Below, piece by piece: positions 62,239-64,000 of a DNA stretch of 64,000 bases. Below the pieces are notes generated by a model, which saw only the letters and a program-made list of their open reading frames with translations, had not been told where the DNA came from and ran no database searches. Location of the stretch: assembly GCA_965223415.1 (NCBI GenBank), contig OZ245002.1, positions 2,092,388-2,156,387 of the forward strand, in the 5' to 3' direction. Source of the stretch: Myxococcota bacterium (lineage in GTDB: Bacteria; Myxococcota_A; UBA9160; UBA6930). The position numbers and the translations under genes are program-made. Numbering within the stretch: the first letter of the stretch is position 1; each line of letters begins with the position of its first letter.

Positions 62239-62535
62239 ATGGACTCCAGTCGCATCGCCGCCGCCCGGCTCTCCGCGCCGCCCCTCGCGGCCGACGCGAC
62301 GCCCGGCCCCTCCTCCGGCGCTTCGTTCTCCGAGCACGTGAAGGCGGCGATCCAGAACGCGAACCGCGAGCTCACCCAGGCGGAGACGGAGGCGACCCGG
62401 ATCGCCAAGGGAGAAGGGGACATCGTCGAAGCGATGATGGCGCTCTCGAAGGCCGAGCTGTCCCTGCGTCACGTCGTGACGCTGCGCAACCGCGTGCTCG
62501 AATCCTACCAGCAGATCATGAGGCTCCAGCTCTAG
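62239..62535 (+). CDS. fliE: flagellar hook-basal body protein FliE
   Basis: 98 aa with a C-terminal MMALSKAELSLRHVVTLRNRVLESYQQIMRLQ. Confidence 0.85.
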   Translation: MDSSRIAAARLSAPPLAADATPGPSSGASFSEHVKAAIQNANRELTQAETEATRIAKGEGDIVEAMMALSKAELSLRHVVTLRNRVLESYQQIMRLQL

Positions 62536-62538
62536 GCC

Positions 62539-64000
62539 ATGGAATGGCTCACCCGACTCCTCCAGCAGATCGGCTCGCTTCCGGCCGGCCGTCAGGCCGT
62601 GCTGGGCGCGACCGCCTTCGGCTCTCTCGCCTTCCTGCTCTGGATCGCCTACGGCGCCGCCACGCCGGACTACCGGGCGGCTTACCGCGGCCTTCCCGAG
62701 GACGAGATCGCCCGGGTGGCGGAGATGCTCCGGGAGGAGCGAATCGAGTACAAGGTGAGCGAGGGCGGCACCGCCATCCTCGTTCCGGCGCCGATGGTCT
62801 ACGAGGCGCGGATCCGCGCGGCCGGCCGGGGCCTGCCTTCCGGTGGCGCCACGGGCTTCGAGCTCTTCGACCAGCCGGCCTTCGGCGTGACGGACTTCGT
62901 GCACCGGGTGAACTACTCGCGCGCCATGCAGGGTGAGCTGGCCCGCAGCATCGAGCAGCTCGAACCGGTGGCGCGCGCGCGGGTGCAGGTGGTGATCCCC
63001 GAGCGCAAGAGCGTCCTGGCGGCGGCCAACCGCAAGCCCAGCGCCGCCGTCGTGGCCCGGCTCCAGCCCGGCCGCGAGCTGCAGCAGGAGCAGGTGCGGG
63101 CGATCGTCCACCTGGTGGCGTCGAGCATCGAATCCCTCGACCCGAGCGACGTCACGGTCGTCGACGGCAGCGGCCGGCTGCTCACCGCCCAGGGCGAGGA
63201 CGTGGCCGGCGGGGCGCTGCCGGCGGGCGGCGCGCCTTCCTACCAGCAGCGGGTGGAGAAGGATCTCGGCCGGCGCATCGAGGCCATCCTGGAGAAGACG
63301 GTCGGACCCGGCGGCGTGATCGCCCGGGTGCGCGCCGACATGGATTTCACGGAGCGCGAGACCACCGAGGAGGTCTTCGATCCGGATTCGCAGATCGCCC
63401 GCAGCGAGCAGCGCACCACCGAGACGGCCAGCGAAGGCGGCGGCGAGGGCGGCGTACCGGGCGTCGCCTCGAACACGCCGGACCTGGCCGCGGCGACCGG
63501 CTCGGGCGGCGGCAACGCCTCCAGCTCGAACCGCACCGCCGAGACCTTCAACTACGAGATCAGCAAGACCGTGAGCCGCCAGATCAAGCCCATGGGCGAG
63601 ACCCAGCGCCTCTCCATCGCGGTGCTGGTGGCGGACCGGCTGCCCGCCGAGGAAGGCGGCGAGCCGGTGCCGTGGGACGAGGATTCCCTCGCCCAGTTCA
63701 CGACCCTTGCCAAGCAGGCGGTGGGCTTCGACGAGAAGCGCGGCGACCAGATCACCGTCAGCAGCGCCCCCTTCCGCACACCGGACGCGGAGATTCCCGA
63801 GGAAGGCCTGCTCACCCCGGAGATCCTGTTCCTGATCGGCACCGTGGTACGGGTCGTCGCGGTGGTGCTGGCGCTCTTCCTCTTCGCGCGTCTCGTGGTG
63901 CGGCCCGTCCTCGACACCCTCGAGAGCGCGGCGCCGATCCCGCTCCCGGCAACGGTGGCGGATCTGGAGGCGCAAGCGGCGCTGCCGGAGAGCGAGGCCG
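62539..64000 (+). CDS. fliF: flagellar MS-ring protein FliF (3' end beyond the window)
   Basis: My translation from the ATG at 62539 gives MEWLTRLLQQIG...FELFDQPAFGVTDFVHRVNYSRAMQGELARSIEQL...VHLVASSIESLDPSDVTVVD. The frame stays open to the window end. Confidence 0.85.
   Translation, partial: MEWLTRLLQQIGSLPAGRQAVLGATAFGSLAFLLWIAYGAATPDYRAAYRGLPEDEIARVAEMLREERIEYKVSEGGTAILVPAPMVYEARIRAAGRGLPSGGATGFELFDQPAFGVTDFVHRVNYSRAMQGELARSIEQLEPVARARVQVVIPERKSVLAAANRKPSAAVVARLQPGRELQQEQVRAIVHLVASSIESLDPSDVTVVDGSGRLLTAQGEDVAGGALPAGGAPSYQQRVEKDLGRRIEAILEKTVGPGGVIARVRADMDFTERETTEEVFDPDSQIARSEQRTTETASEGGGEGGVPGVASNTPDLAAATGSGGGNASSSNRTAETFNYEISKTVSRQIKPMGETQRLSIAVLVADRLPAEEGGEPVPWDEDSLAQFTTLAKQAVGFDEKRGDQITVSSAPFRTPDAEIPEEGLLTPEILFLIGTVVRVVAVVLALFLFARLVVRPVLDTLESAAPIPLPATVADLEAQAALPESEA

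Overview
High-GC (about 70%) bacterial chromosomal segment dominated by a large flagellar regulon. Positions 1-12.3 kb hold miscellaneous small enzymes and membrane proteins (GFA, peroxiredoxin-like, YhhN, SnoaL-like, GNAT, Ogt, PIMT-like, MAPEG, MOSC, DJ-1/PfpI, YdjM) plus the first c-di-GMP genes (a PilZ gene; a YcgR-like PilZ + CBS-GGDEF operon). Positions 12.4-22.2 kb are a flagellin glycosylation island of two convergent operons: pseB-pseC-maf, and methyltransferase-pseG-wbqC-pseI-spsF/flmC-like-B12 radical SAM. Positions 22.3-44.5 kb form a nearly gapless plus-strand run: hypothetical, motAB, sigma54 activator, fliLMN, fused fliO/P, fliQR, flhBA, flhFG, HDOD, flgFG, flgAHI, rod-binding flgJ-like, flgN-like, flgKL, csrA-fliW. 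A lower-GC membrane gene, an IS630-family element and an Eis-like GNAT separate fliW from fliC-fliD-fliS-fliT-like. Downstream lie a pseudo-receiver protein, a GGDEF gene, an HDOD-sthA operon, a PilZ-TPR-pseudokinase-sigma54 activator operon, and flgBC-fliE-fliF (fliF truncated by the window end). No fliA, flgM or intact histidine kinase is visible. At least seven good TGGCAC-N5-TTGC (sigma54) promoters precede flagellar, glycosylation and PilZ operons, including fliC itself. All three receiver domains lack the phosphoacceptor Asp. Other signals: a recurrent TGAAACGCG motif upstream of the sigma54 promoters, two copies of a 74-76 bp nested perfect palindrome 45 kb apart, and a 32-bp tandem duplication at a gene junction. 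No rRNA, tRNA or CRISPR was seen. All protein family calls rest on motif recognition by eye, not database searches.
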